Shown here piece after piece: positions 20,292 through 29,691 of a stretch of 64,000 nucleotides of DNA; positions within the stretch are counted from its first letter, which is position 1, and each line of letters begins with the position of its first letter. Source of the DNA: Promethearchaeota archaeon (GTDB lineage: Archaea > Asgardarchaeota > Lokiarchaeia > Sigyniarchaeales > SOKP01); contig JBHLON010000011.1 of assembly GCA_048940445.1 (NCBI GenBank), positions 1 through 64,000 on the forward strand. Reading direction: 5' to 3'. A model generated the notes under the pieces. The model was not told the origin of the DNA. It ran no database searches and saw only the letters and a list, made by a program, of their open reading frames with translations. The translations under genes were made by a program, and so were the position numbers.

Positions 20292-21328
20292 TTAACTCTT
20301 TAAACCTTCTGGTTCATTATCTTTTACCATTTCAGAATAGACCATTTCTAATTGTGATGTCTTAGGCTGTGTATAAGAAACTACTGTAAAATCTGATTCA
20401 AAATCCTTAATTAGAACTTTAAGGATTTCACCTCTTGATTCAGCTTTACCATTGTAATAGAACTTCAATTCTTGCTTATCTGGTTTATACTTTATAGGAA
20501 TTGGTGATATTGTGGGATCTAAATCTTGATCTAAATAAGGATTAAGTCTTTCAGTTAAGCGAGCTATAATTAATCCCAGCCTTTCGGGTTCAATTGGTTT
20601 TAATAAAAGAGCATTTAACATACTTGTTTTTAACTGGGAAGCTAAATTTTCTACTGTATCAAATCCTATAATTTTTCCATAATTAATCAATGCAATTTTA
20701 TCACAAACTTCTGAAATTTCATATAACATATGAGAAGCTACAAATATTGTTTTTCCTTGAGACTGAAGTTCTCGGATGTACTTTCGTATTTCGATTCTTG
20801 CAAGTGGATCCAAACCAGTTTGTGGTTCATCTAAAATTATAATCTCAGGATCATGGATAATAGCTTGAATTATTCCCAATTTCTGAGTCATTCCTTTGGA
20901 AAAATTTTTAACATTTTCATGTTTCCATTCTGAAAGTCTAAAAAGTGCTAAAAGTTCATCAATTCTGCTATCTATTTTATCTTTTGGATAGTTTTGAATT
21001 TTAGCGAAATATTTTAGTAATTGATAAGCTGTCATATGATAGAAATTTGGGATATCTATTAAAAATCCCATATGACTAATTGTTCTCGAAACATGTTGTA
21101 AATCTTCCAATTCACCGTGATCTGTAGAAATTAAGATTCTTCCAGAATTTGGTCGTAATATTTTAGCAATCATTTTAATAGTTGTGGTTTTACCCGCACC
21201 ATTAGGACCTACTAATCCTACTGTTTCACCTCTACATACTTCAAGATTAATTTGATCGACTGCCGTAAAGTTTCCGAATCTTTTTGTTAAATTTTCTAGT
21301 TTAATTAATGCTTCCGACATTTTATTCA
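20292..21328 (-). CDS. ABC transporter ATP-binding protein
   Basis: GPNGAGKTT, FSKGM, LDEP and SH motifs; start probably at 21328 or 21319. Confidence 0.92.
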
Positions 21329-21348
21329 TTTTCCGACTTATTTTTTTG

Positions 21349-21891
21349 TTAAAGTTTATGTAATTTTGAAATTTTTTTTTCAATATTTTGGAGTTTTTGG
21401 GTTAAGATTTCTATTCGCTTTTTAATAAAGGACCTCTGAAATTCTAATGTTTTGAGTTCTTCTTTTTCAGATTTAGAACTAATTCTATTAAATGGAGGAG
21501 TTTGTCTAAGAAAATCATTTGAAAGATCTGGTAATTCATCTTTAAACCCAAATGTAGTAGCTATAATAGATCTCAGAGACTCCCTTATTTCTTGCTCCTT
21601 TTTAATCATAATATCAAGAGTCTTTTTACCAGCTTCAGTTATTTCATATAAAATAATTTTTTCATCTTCCTCTTGCTTTAAAGGTTTAATCAAGTTTTTC
21701 TCCCGTAGATTCTTTAGAATAGTATACATTGTTGAGTCAGTTGGTTCCCATGCCCCAAACGTGCGTTCTTCAATTGCATTTTTGATTTGTCGTCCATGCA
21801 TTGGCTCCTTTTCTAGAACTAGTAATGTAAGCGTACTTATGAACCCTTTTTTCATCGCTTTTTCGAACTTCTCTGCAATTTCTTCAACCAT
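21349..21891 (-). CDS. PadR-family transcriptional regulator
   Basis: PMHG, STMYTILKNL and YEITEAGK motifs; heads the ABC operon. Confidence 0.88.
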   Translation of the reverse strand: MVEEIAEKFEKAMKKGFISTLTLLVLEKEPMHGRQIKNAIEERTFGAWEPTDSTMYTILKNLREKNLIKPLKQEEDEKIILYEITEAGKKTLDIMIKKEQEIRESLRSIIATTFGFKDELPDLSNDFLRQTPPFNRISSKSEKEELKTLEFQRSFIKKRIEILTQKLQNIEKKISKLHKL

Positions 21892-21927
21892 AAAGAAGTA
21901 CAACCAAAATACTAAATATCAAAATTG

Positions 21928-21957
21928 TATCGATAATTGATATATCGATAATCGATA
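21928..21957. promoter_or_regulatory. Putative PadR operator (tandem TATCGATAAT palindromes)
   Basis: TATCGATAATTGATATATCGATAATCGATA immediately upstream of padR. Confidence 0.45.
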
Positions 21958-22191
21958 TTTAAAGTTTCTGATTCTAAAAAATTAGTTTCTTCAGATTCGA
22001 ACACATTTAGTATGATTATCTATGAATATCATTTTTAAGTTATACATTTTTGTTAATTGTTTATGTTTCCCTTACTCAGATTCTGTAGTAATCTTTAATG
22101 TGTAATACTCGTGTAATATATTCAATTATTACTCTGGGGGACCACCTAAATATTAAAAATAACTCCAATAATAACAGGTGGTATTAATAAA

Positions 22192-22383
22192 TTGAAGTTA
22201 ATAACTTGCCACGTGCCCGAAAAAATTTGAGAAATCTTCAGATTTAGGGAGGCTTATCTTCGTGGCATAGAAGAACTTGTCCAAATGAATGTTTATCCTA
22301 ATCGGTCAGAGGTTATTCGTGTAGCAATTCGGGATTTACTCAAAACAGAATTAAGTACAGTTTTACAAAAAAAACCTGAATAA
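22192..22383 (+). CDS. CopG/CdrS-like ribbon-helix-helix regulator split by a 30-nt putative intron (exons 22192..22221 and 22252..22383; 53 aa)
   Basis: SD AGGTGG then TTG start; spliced product MKLITCHVPEAYLRGIEELVQMNVYPNRSEVIRVAIRDLLKTEL...; absent from the ORF track because of the in-frame TGA at 22228..22230. Confidence 0.8.
22222..22251 (+). other. Putative BHB-type archaeal mRNA intron (30 nt)
   Basis: CCCG/AGGG central helix, 3-nt bulges AAA and AGG, intron stem AAATTTGA/TCAGATTT, exon stem TGCCACG/CGTGGCA; cutting after the 2nd nt of each bulge joins CCC GAA|GCT in frame. Confidence 0.65.
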
Positions 22384-22478
22384 ATTAATTTTTTTCTTAT
22401 ATTCTTAATTTTCCCTGACTTTCTAGTTTTACAATTAAAATAAATTATTATAATTAGTAATACATTTGAGTCATTAGT

Positions 22479-23441
22479 ATGTGGAATGTATTATTCTGGA
22501 TTTTACTCTTTATTGGAGGATATTTATTAATTTATTTTGCAGCGGATGTCTTTCTTGATAACTTAAAGGAATTATGTTTAATATATAAATTATCTCCATT
22601 CATAATTGGATTATTAGTGCTTGGGATAGATCCAGAAGAATCAATTGCTTCGATTATTGCTGCAATTAATGGATTACCATACATTGCGATAGGGAACGTC
22701 ATTGGTAATTCAATCTTTTCATTAACATTATGTTTTGCATTACCTGCATTTTTCTTTAATATAAATTTAAAATCAATATCTAAATTTTATTTTGGAATTC
22801 TGTATGGCTGTATGATTTTACTCCTTTTGAGTTTCATTTTTAATTACGGTCTATTAATTTTTGGATTGAGTGCTCTGATTCTTTATTCAATTTACATTAT
22901 AAAATCATTGAAAGATGCTTCAAAAAAAAAGGTCATCGAAATTAAAAAGATTGGTGAAGATATTGATGATGAAATAAAGAATTTCAATAAGAGGTCTAAA
23001 GCTAAAAAAATAATATTGGTGATTATTGCACTGCTTTTCATTATACTTGGAGGTGAAATACTCATTTATGCAGCTGAAAATTTAATATATTTGACTGGAA
23101 TCTCTGAAGAAATTTTTGGATTTGTAATCATTGCATTCGTCACTAATGTTGAGGAATTAACTTTGGTATTTAAATCAGTCAAAAGAGGCAGTTTTGAAAT
23201 TGGTTTAGGTGGGATGATGGGAAAAGTTATCTGGAATTTATCATTAACTTTTGGAATTAGTGGAGTAATCGCTATTGGAATAAAGTTTAGTCAAGTGTTA
23301 ATTTATAATTGGTTATTATTATTGGGATTACTTTTTTATTACCATGGAAAATCAAAAATGAAAACTTTAGGTAAAATTGATGCCTCAATCTTAATGATAT
23401 TTCTTGCAATTTTCTTGATTGTTTCTATAGTCTATAATTAA
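22479..23441 (+). CDS. Sodium:calcium (CaCA) antiporter family protein
   Basis: Two alpha-repeats (DPEE..IAIGNVIGNS; TNVEEL..GLGG); about 10 TMs. Confidence 0.85.
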   Translation: MWNVLFWILLFIGGYLLIYFAADVFLDNLKELCLIYKLSPFIIGLLVLGIDPEESIASIIAAINGLPYIAIGNVIGNSIFSLTLCFALPAFFFNINLKSISKFYFGILYGCMILLLLSFIFNYGLLIFGLSALILYSIYIIKSLKDASKKKVIEIKKIGEDIDDEIKNFNKRSKAKKIILVIIALLFIILGGEILIYAAENLIYLTGISEEIFGFVIIAFVTNVEELTLVFKSVKRGSFEIGLGGMMGKVIWNLSLTFGISGVIAIGIKFSQVLIYNWLLLLGLLFYYHGKSKMKTLGKIDASILMIFLAIFLIVSIVYN

Positions 23442-23480
23442 TCAATTAAAATTTTATTAAGTTTTATATTTCTTTTTATA

Positions 23481-24341
23481 ATGACTTTTTCGCATTTTGA
23501 TTTTAAATATATTGATGTACATTGTCATTTTTTTCCACCTCAAATATTTAAGGCTATATGGGATTTTTTTGAACGCCGTAATGACAAAGATAAGATTGAG
23601 GGGTGGCCAATTAGTTATAAATTACCAACCGTTGAGTTAATCAAGATTCTTGGAGAAAGAAACGTAGATTTTTTCACAGCATATAATTATGCTCATAAAA
23701 AAGGCGTGGCAGAATATATAAATGAATGGACGTATAAACTTGCTCAAAATAATAAGCAAATTATACCATTTGGTTGTATATGGCCTGAAGATGCTAATCG
23801 AGTTGAATATAGCAAGAAAATGTTTGAAGAATACAGTTTTTATGGTTTGAAAATACAACCTTTAGTACAAAACTTCTTTCTTAATGATGAGCGAATGGAT
23901 AAAATATATAAGATGATAGTGGATAAAGGAAAGTGGTTAACAATTCATATAGGTACAGCTCCTTATCGTAATAAGTTTGTTGGTTATAAGAATTTTCTGA
24001 AATTCCTCGAGATATATTCAAATATGAACATTATCGTAGCCCACATGGGTGCGTTCGAATACCAAAAATTTCTAAATTTAGTAGATAGATTTGAGAATTT
24101 GTATTTAGATACAGCAATGATATACATACCTAATAATATATTCCCTGAACGGAGTAGTAAGCGTCCTGGTCCTGAAAAATTATTATCTTATCAAGATAGA
24201 ATACTTTTTGGCTCAGACTTTCCAAACATTCCATATGAATATGAAAATTCTACAAAAGGATTATTAGAATTTGATCTTCCAAGGAAATTTTATGAATCTA
24301 TTTTTTACAATAACGCAAAAAAATTATTTAAACTTAAATAA
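23481..24341 (+). CDS. Amidohydrolase-2 family protein
   Basis: DVHCH, HIG, AHMG and FGSDFP motifs. Confidence 0.88.
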   Translation: MTFSHFDFKYIDVHCHFFPPQIFKAIWDFFERRNDKDKIEGWPISYKLPTVELIKILGERNVDFFTAYNYAHKKGVAEYINEWTYKLAQNNKQIIPFGCIWPEDANRVEYSKKMFEEYSFYGLKIQPLVQNFFLNDERMDKIYKMIVDKGKWLTIHIGTAPYRNKFVGYKNFLKFLEIYSNMNIIVAHMGAFEYQKFLNLVDRFENLYLDTAMIYIPNNIFPERSSKRPGPEKLLSYQDRILFGSDFPNIPYEYENSTKGLLEFDLPRKFYESIFYNNAKKLFKLK

Positions 24342-24353
24342 TAAATTTATCCA

Positions 24354-25193
24354 TTAATATTGCAGCATTACTAAACTTAAAGCCATAATGGCCATACCAG
24401 TGATTATTCCCAATATTGAGTAGTGTTCTTTAGCGAAAGATCGAGAGACGGGTAATAATTCATCTAAAGAGATATAAACCATTATTCCACCTACAATGCC
24501 TAACATTGCACTCAACACATTTTCGTTTATAAAGGGAAATAAGACTACCCAAGTAATAAGTGCTCCTAAAGGCTCACTTATCCCCGATAAAAATGACCAC
24601 TTGAAAGCTTTCTTCTTGTTTAAGGTATATAAATAAATAGGTACCGAAACTGCAATTCCTTCGGGTATATTATGTAAGGCTATAGCGATTGTTAATAAAA
24701 TACCAAGATTTAATTGAGTTAGAGCTCCTATAAATGTCGCCATACCTTCAGGGAAGTTGTGTATAAATACTCCAAAGAAGATGAATATTGAAGTTTTTGC
24801 TAGATTTATCTCTTTTTTTTCACCTCGATGTTGATATCTTTTGCGGTGTCTATGACCGTAATGAAGGTGAGGTTGATGTTCTCCATTCTTATTTATGAGA
24901 TACTCAATAGAATCTTCAAATTCATATTGATGAGATACCAACATATCAATCCCCAACATAATAATCATACCTAAAAAGAAAAAGATTAACCCTAAAAAAA
25001 GATCATATGTCCTAATACTTGCTTGAAGTAATTCTACAAAGGAAATAAGAATCATAACTCCCGCAGAAAATCCCATAATAAATGAAAGAAACTTAGGCTT
25101 AGGATTTTTCATAAAAAATGAAATAAAACTTCCTATTGTAGTTGATAAACCTGCTAGCAAACTTAAAAGAATTGCAAATAAAACAGATTCCAT
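24354..25193 (-). CDS. zupT: ZIP-family zinc/divalent metal transporter
   Basis: HNFPEG and HNIPEG motifs, His-rich loop, SLDELLP. Confidence 0.9.
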   Translation of the reverse strand: MESVLFAILLSLLAGLSTTIGSFISFFMKNPKPKFLSFIMGFSAGVMILISFVELLQASIRTYDLFLGLIFFFLGMIIMLGIDMLVSHQYEFEDSIEYLINKNGEHQPHLHYGHRHRKRYQHRGEKKEINLAKTSIFIFFGVFIHNFPEGMATFIGALTQLNLGILLTIAIALHNIPEGIAVSVPIYLYTLNKKKAFKWSFLSGISEPLGALITWVVLFPFINENVLSAMLGIVGGIMVYISLDELLPVSRSFAKEHYSILGIITGMAIMALSLVMLQY

Positions 25194-25330
25194 TATTGTT
25201 CTTTTTCCTTTGATGTAGTTCCTTTACTATTTATAGAAAATTGAATTTACTTTTTCAAGTAAATTTTAATAGAATTCATAGCATAAAATGATTAATATAC
25301 CTTTTTAAATAGGAAAAAATTATATCTAAT

Positions 25331-25344
25331 TTAGGCGCGTCTAA
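25331..25344. promoter_or_regulatory. DtxR/MntR-like palindromic operator upstream of zupT
   Basis: TTAGGCGCGTCTAA near-perfect palindrome resembling the TTAGG-N4-CCTAA core. Confidence 0.45.
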
Positions 25345-25578
25345 TTATCAATAAATTATTTTTCTATTTAAAGCTTATGAAAGATTAAAAGATGTACAAA
25401 TTAGCCTTAATGAACTAATTAAATTATCTGATACTCTTCCTAAATTATTATAAAACTCCTGTGAAAGGAAAGAGATAATATTTTCTGATACTGAATGTTA
25501 TTTTTTAATCTAAATAATATATATAATATTGAAACATTTCAATATTTAAAATTATAGCTGATAAAATAGGATTTTAAC

Positions 25579-26604
25579 GTGAAACTCTTATCTACTAACG
25601 ACAAAATTTTCTTTTTTGAACGAAATTTTTTTACTTTAGATGGCTTATGGATGATTAAGACTGAAGAAGAAACAAATTGGGAGACCGCATTAAATATTGA
25701 CTTAATAGTGTGGAAAAAGCTACTAAAAATCATCTTTCAAAGACTTAAAGAATACTTAGATATACAAAGTAATAATTTAATTGACTTCATTAAGATTCTA
25801 ACTTTTAGATGGTCTGTGGAAGGTTGGGACTATGAAATTTTGTTTCCAAATAAGTCCCAAATTGAGATTATTATTAAAAATTGCCCCTATTATGCAGCAA
25901 TGGATCGAAATCCAGATCGTCATGAGAAGATACCTCTAATTTGCAGAAATGTTTGTATACCTTTATATGAGTCTTTAGTTGTTGGATTCAGTAAAGACAT
26001 AAAGATAAGTAGAAGAAAGTTCAAAGGATTGGGTGATCATAATTGTAATTTTATCCTTGAACAAATTGACTATTCAATGCCTTCCAGAATTATATTACAA
26101 AAAGCTCTAAATAAAGCAGTAGATAGAAAGGGTAAATTATTTTATTTTGAAAAAAATTTTAGAACTCTTGATGGATTATGGATCGTTGAAGTAGAAAACA
26201 AACTAAATTTCGCTATAGCACTAAAACTTGATATTGTTGTATGGAAAGAACTATATGAAATAATATTTAGGAGAGTAAGCAAATATTTGAATATAAGGGG
26301 GCATTCTCTAAAAGATCTTACTCAAATTTTATCATTTATTTGGAATTGCGAAGGGATTTCTTATGAGATAATTGAAAAGGATGAAAGAGAGATTATAATT
26401 AATGTCAAACAATGTCCTTATCTTGAGGCCATGCAAAGAAATCCAGAACGCCAAGATAATATAGTATCAGTATGCAAAGACATATGTTTCTCTTACTTGG
26501 AACCCGTAATTCAGAATTTTAATCCGAAGATCATATTAAAACGAACAAAGTCTAAGGGAACTGGTGATCATATATGTGATTTTCGTTTTAAATTAAACGA
26601 ATAA
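25579..26604 (+). CDS. Tandem-duplicated DUF6125/V4R-like domain protein
   Basis: Two internal repeats FE.NF.TLDGLW...CP(Y)..AM.RNP.R...C...C...GD(H).C.F. Confidence 0.65.
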   Translation: MKLLSTNDKIFFFERNFFTLDGLWMIKTEEETNWETALNIDLIVWKKLLKIIFQRLKEYLDIQSNNLIDFIKILTFRWSVEGWDYEILFPNKSQIEIIIKNCPYYAAMDRNPDRHEKIPLICRNVCIPLYESLVVGFSKDIKISRRKFKGLGDHNCNFILEQIDYSMPSRIILQKALNKAVDRKGKLFYFEKNFRTLDGLWIVEVENKLNFAIALKLDIVVWKELYEIIFRRVSKYLNIRGHSLKDLTQILSFIWNCEGISYEIIEKDEREIIINVKQCPYLEAMQRNPERQDNIVSVCKDICFSYLEPVIQNFNPKIILKRTKSKGTGDHICDFRFKLNE

Positions 26605-26620
26605 CATTTTTTAGACTCAG

Positions 26621-28480
26621 TCAATATATTTTTTGAAAGAAATCTATATGTTTTTTTGTTGTAGATATGATGAGACTTCTTTCCTTAGTAGAAATTAAAT
26701 ATAGTTCGAAGATGATATTATCAATTTCTTTTATATATTGCTTACATTTTTCTGTAAGTACTCCATTCTGTTTATAAAGCTCAGTGGAAATCTTATCAAC
26801 TCTATAATTTATTTTTTGTTTTACATCTTGTTTACAATGGATTATTGGAAGGTGTCTTATCATATATTGATTCAAATTAATTGTAGTGTTTTGTTGATTA
26901 TTAATTCCATAAATGCAATAGAATTGCAATAGAATTGAGTTTAGTAAGGCGCATAGATATTTCAATTCAGAAATATTAGAATGAAGAAGAGAATAAATTG
27001 ATGAAGTAAAACATACTTTTTCTATGGTAAATAAAGTTTGAGGATAAATGTTATTATGCTTAATAAGTAATTTAGGACTTGTATAATATTCAAAATCATT
27101 TCCCTTTAGAACTTTGGCATTTATTTTTTCTAAATCTAAAGATCTTTCTCGATGAAAGTAAAAATAGGTGAAATCTTCTTTAGCATTAATGAAGAAACAA
27201 GAATTATCAAGACTTTCTTCTATTAGGTTTTTAACTACTTTTAATCCTTTCGCTTCTTCACCTCTTATCATCTTTGGAAAGTCTTGAATGTTCAGATAAT
27301 TTAAATCACCCTCTTTTTCAATCTTGTAAACTAAATCCAATAAATTTTGGGTCGGTTTAATTCTGATTCGATTCATTAATAAAGTCTTAGAAGAACAATA
27401 TGGACAGAACTTTTCAAAAGTATAAACAAATACTTTTCTTGGTTTATCAGACAAATAACAGTCGTTATTTTGGCAAAGTCTAAGGGTATCTACTTTTTGA
27501 TTTTTATATAGGATGATTTCAGTATTAGGATATTTATAGACTCTTAAATCTTTAAAATAATTTGCCTTTTTCTCATAAATCATAATTTGTACCTCATTAG
27601 TAGCTGCTTTAAAAAGATTAGGTCCGATATCATAGATTTTCAGCAGATTCGATTTTGATAACAGACTATTTCTAAACATTATATAGCCTTGCCTAAGTAG
27701 AAAGCTCTTAGGGACTAAAAAAGCCACAATCCTATCTGACCAATTAATTGCTTTTAAGAGAAAAGCACAATAAATATCGTTGTAAAACAAATTTTCTTTT
27801 TTAAGGACTTTCTTATCAACTTCCTTAAGAATATTGCCATATGGTGGATTGCCAATAATAATATCAAAATTAGCAGATTGGAGTTCAATCAAACTATTCT
27901 TTAAATTTAAATTTGAATCTAAAATAGAGAGTGATTTATTTAATAGGGTTAGATTATCATTATTTAGCCATCTTAAGATTTTTAATTTACTTAATTTTAA
28001 TGCCAATTCATTTATTTCAAAACCGTAGAGATTTTTTAATATTTTAATTTTTAAATAAGAGTCATCTTTGAAATTAAGTTTTACCATTAGATCATAAAGA
28101 ATCTCAGCAGCACTTATGATAAACACTCCAGAACCGCATGCAGGATCGCATATCTTGATATTTGATAATACTTCTTTAACTCTATTCAAGAACTTTAAGT
28201 CTAAAGAGAATAAGTCGTCAAATTTAGTTATTTTTAATGGTCCTAATACATTACTCAGTAATGAGATTAAAGCCTTGGAGAAAATGAATCCCGAAATCTC
28301 TTTTTGAGTATAAAATACACCTTCCTTTTTCCTATTAACATAATTCTTCTCAAAGATTTTTTCAAGATTATCAATAAGAGTTAGGTTTTCTTTTAGTTGA
28401 ATGCATTTGTTAAATCTAATTGAATCTAGGATAGAATTATATAATTGATTAATCTCTTGGAGATTTTCTGAATTGTTCAT
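26621..28480 (-). CDS. N6-adenine DNA methyltransferase (TaqI/Eco57I-like) with C-terminal target recognition domain
   Basis: GVFYT, DPACGSG, IIGNPPY motifs; TaqI_C-like KYLCALLNS...HLPI. Confidence 0.85.
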   Translation of the reverse strand: MNNSENLQEINQLYNSILDSIRFNKCIQLKENLTLIDNLEKIFEKNYVNRKKEGVFYTQKEISGFIFSKALISLLSNVLGPLKITKFDDLFSLDLKFLNRVKEVLSNIKICDPACGSGVFIISAAEILYDLMVKLNFKDDSYLKIKILKNLYGFEINELALKLSKLKILRWLNNDNLTLLNKSLSILDSNLNLKNSLIELQSANFDIIIGNPPYGNILKEVDKKVLKKENLFYNDIYCAFLLKAINWSDRIVAFLVPKSFLLRQGYIMFRNSLLSKSNLLKIYDIGPNLFKAATNEVQIMIYEKKANYFKDLRVYKYPNTEIILYKNQKVDTLRLCQNNDCYLSDKPRKVFVYTFEKFCPYCSSKTLLMNRIRIKPTQNLLDLVYKIEKEGDLNYLNIQDFPKMIRGEEAKGLKVVKNLIEESLDNSCFFINAKEDFTYFYFHRERSLDLEKINAKVLKGNDFEYYTSPKLLIKHNNIYPQTLFTIEKVCFTSSIYSLLHSNISELKYLCALLNSILLQFYCIYGINNQQNTTINLNQYMIRHLPIIHCKQDVKQKINYRVDKISTELYKQNGVLTEKCKQYIKEIDNIIFELYLISTKERSLIISTTKKHIDFFQKIY

Positions 28481-28615
28481 TCTTGAAAAATTTATTTTTT
28501 AAATTAATTTAACTTTAAATCTAATGATAAAGAATTTAACGCATGACCAATATACATCTTATGGAGATTATTGTTTATCTTTTTATAATTTTTTTGATAT
28601 AACAGAAGTAGGAAA

Positions 28616-29104
28616 ATGACTAATAAGGAAGAAGAAGATTATAACGGAGTTGCTCCAATAAAGACAATTATAAAAAAGATGAAAAAAGAGTACGATCAGA
28701 ATTCTAAAGGATGGCGAATAATAGGGACTAAGGATGATCAAGGTAATATAGATACATTTATAACGAAAAAACCTGATGCCTATTGGTTGAAATCTAAAAT
28801 GGTGAATCCTTATTCTTCTTTAACAATGGGTGCTTCGATTCGTAACATTGATAAAGATATTGATGAAAAAATTGGGACTAAGATGTCACCAGATGATATG
28901 CTACGGCTTTTTGGAATGATTGTCCCGGTTACCAATGATCAAAACATTATTGCAGCGGGGATAGAAAAGTATTCACAAAATCATGGAAATCATCTAAAAA
29001 AGGTTATTAAAGAAAAAGACGTAAATTTGGGATATCAACTTGCAAGAAGAGTGGATGAAGAATTTACTAAAAAACATCCTCAAAGAAAGAATTTGTATAT
29101 CTAA
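28616..29104 (+). CDS. Hypothetical protein
   Basis: Long ORF with purine-rich upstream signal. Confidence 0.65.
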   Translation: MTNKEEEDYNGVAPIKTIIKKMKKEYDQNSKGWRIIGTKDDQGNIDTFITKKPDAYWLKSKMVNPYSSLTMGASIRNIDKDIDEKIGTKMSPDDMLRLFGMIVPVTNDQNIIAAGIEKYSQNHGNHLKKVIKEKDVNLGYQLARRVDEEFTKKHPQRKNLYI

Positions 29105-29115
29105 TTAAAATAATG

Positions 29116-29535
29116 TTATTTTACCTTTTCCTTTAATATATTTAAATCGTCTTTTCCCTTAATTATAGGTAAATTTGCAGAATATTTTGAGGCATTATTT
29201 ATGAGTTCTGAAATAATTGTTTTCATTTTTTCAGAACCCGACTTTCCTTCAAGCGTTTGGGCAAATTCTTTTAAAGATAAGACTTTTAAATCCTTAACAT
29301 AGAAAGAAACTCCTTTTTCAACTTCTTCCAATAAAAATTGATATGATAAATCGGCGTTTCTTTCTCTTTTAATAAGCGGTTCGCTAGGATCTTCAAATGT
29401 ATATGAAACTTCAATCCAGCGAACACCAGTATTATCTGTGGGTACCATTCCAAAAATATAGTCATCTGTATAAAGCCAGATGGGGGTTCCATTATTGTAG
29501 GATGAATCAATAATTGTCTTAAATTCCTCGCTCAT
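29116..29535 (-). CDS. Hypothetical protein
   Basis: ORF with normal composition, convergent with its neighbour. Confidence 0.65.
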   Translation of the reverse strand: MSEEFKTIIDSSYNNGTPIWLYTDDYIFGMVPTDNTGVRWIEVSYTFEDPSEPLIKRERNADLSYQFLLEEVEKGVSFYVKDLKVLSLKEFAQTLEGKSGSEKMKTIISELINNASKYSANLPIIKGKDDLNILKEKVK

Positions 29536-29691
29536 TATTAGTCAATTTTTTCATTTAAATTGGTGTTAATAATAATTAGCATAATTAAGAATTGCTTTTT
29601 TATTTTATTTATCAAAAATATCTTATTTTAATCTTAGCTTTTACTGGCTTTTATAAGTGATTTTTTAATAAGGAAATTATTATTATAAAAT

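Noticed and set aside
22228-22230. TGA in the RHH gene read as selenocysteine
   Set aside because: It is not at a Cys position, read-through would put 10 extra residues in the strand-helix junction, and no AUGA/GA SECIS was seen downstream; splicing explains it better.
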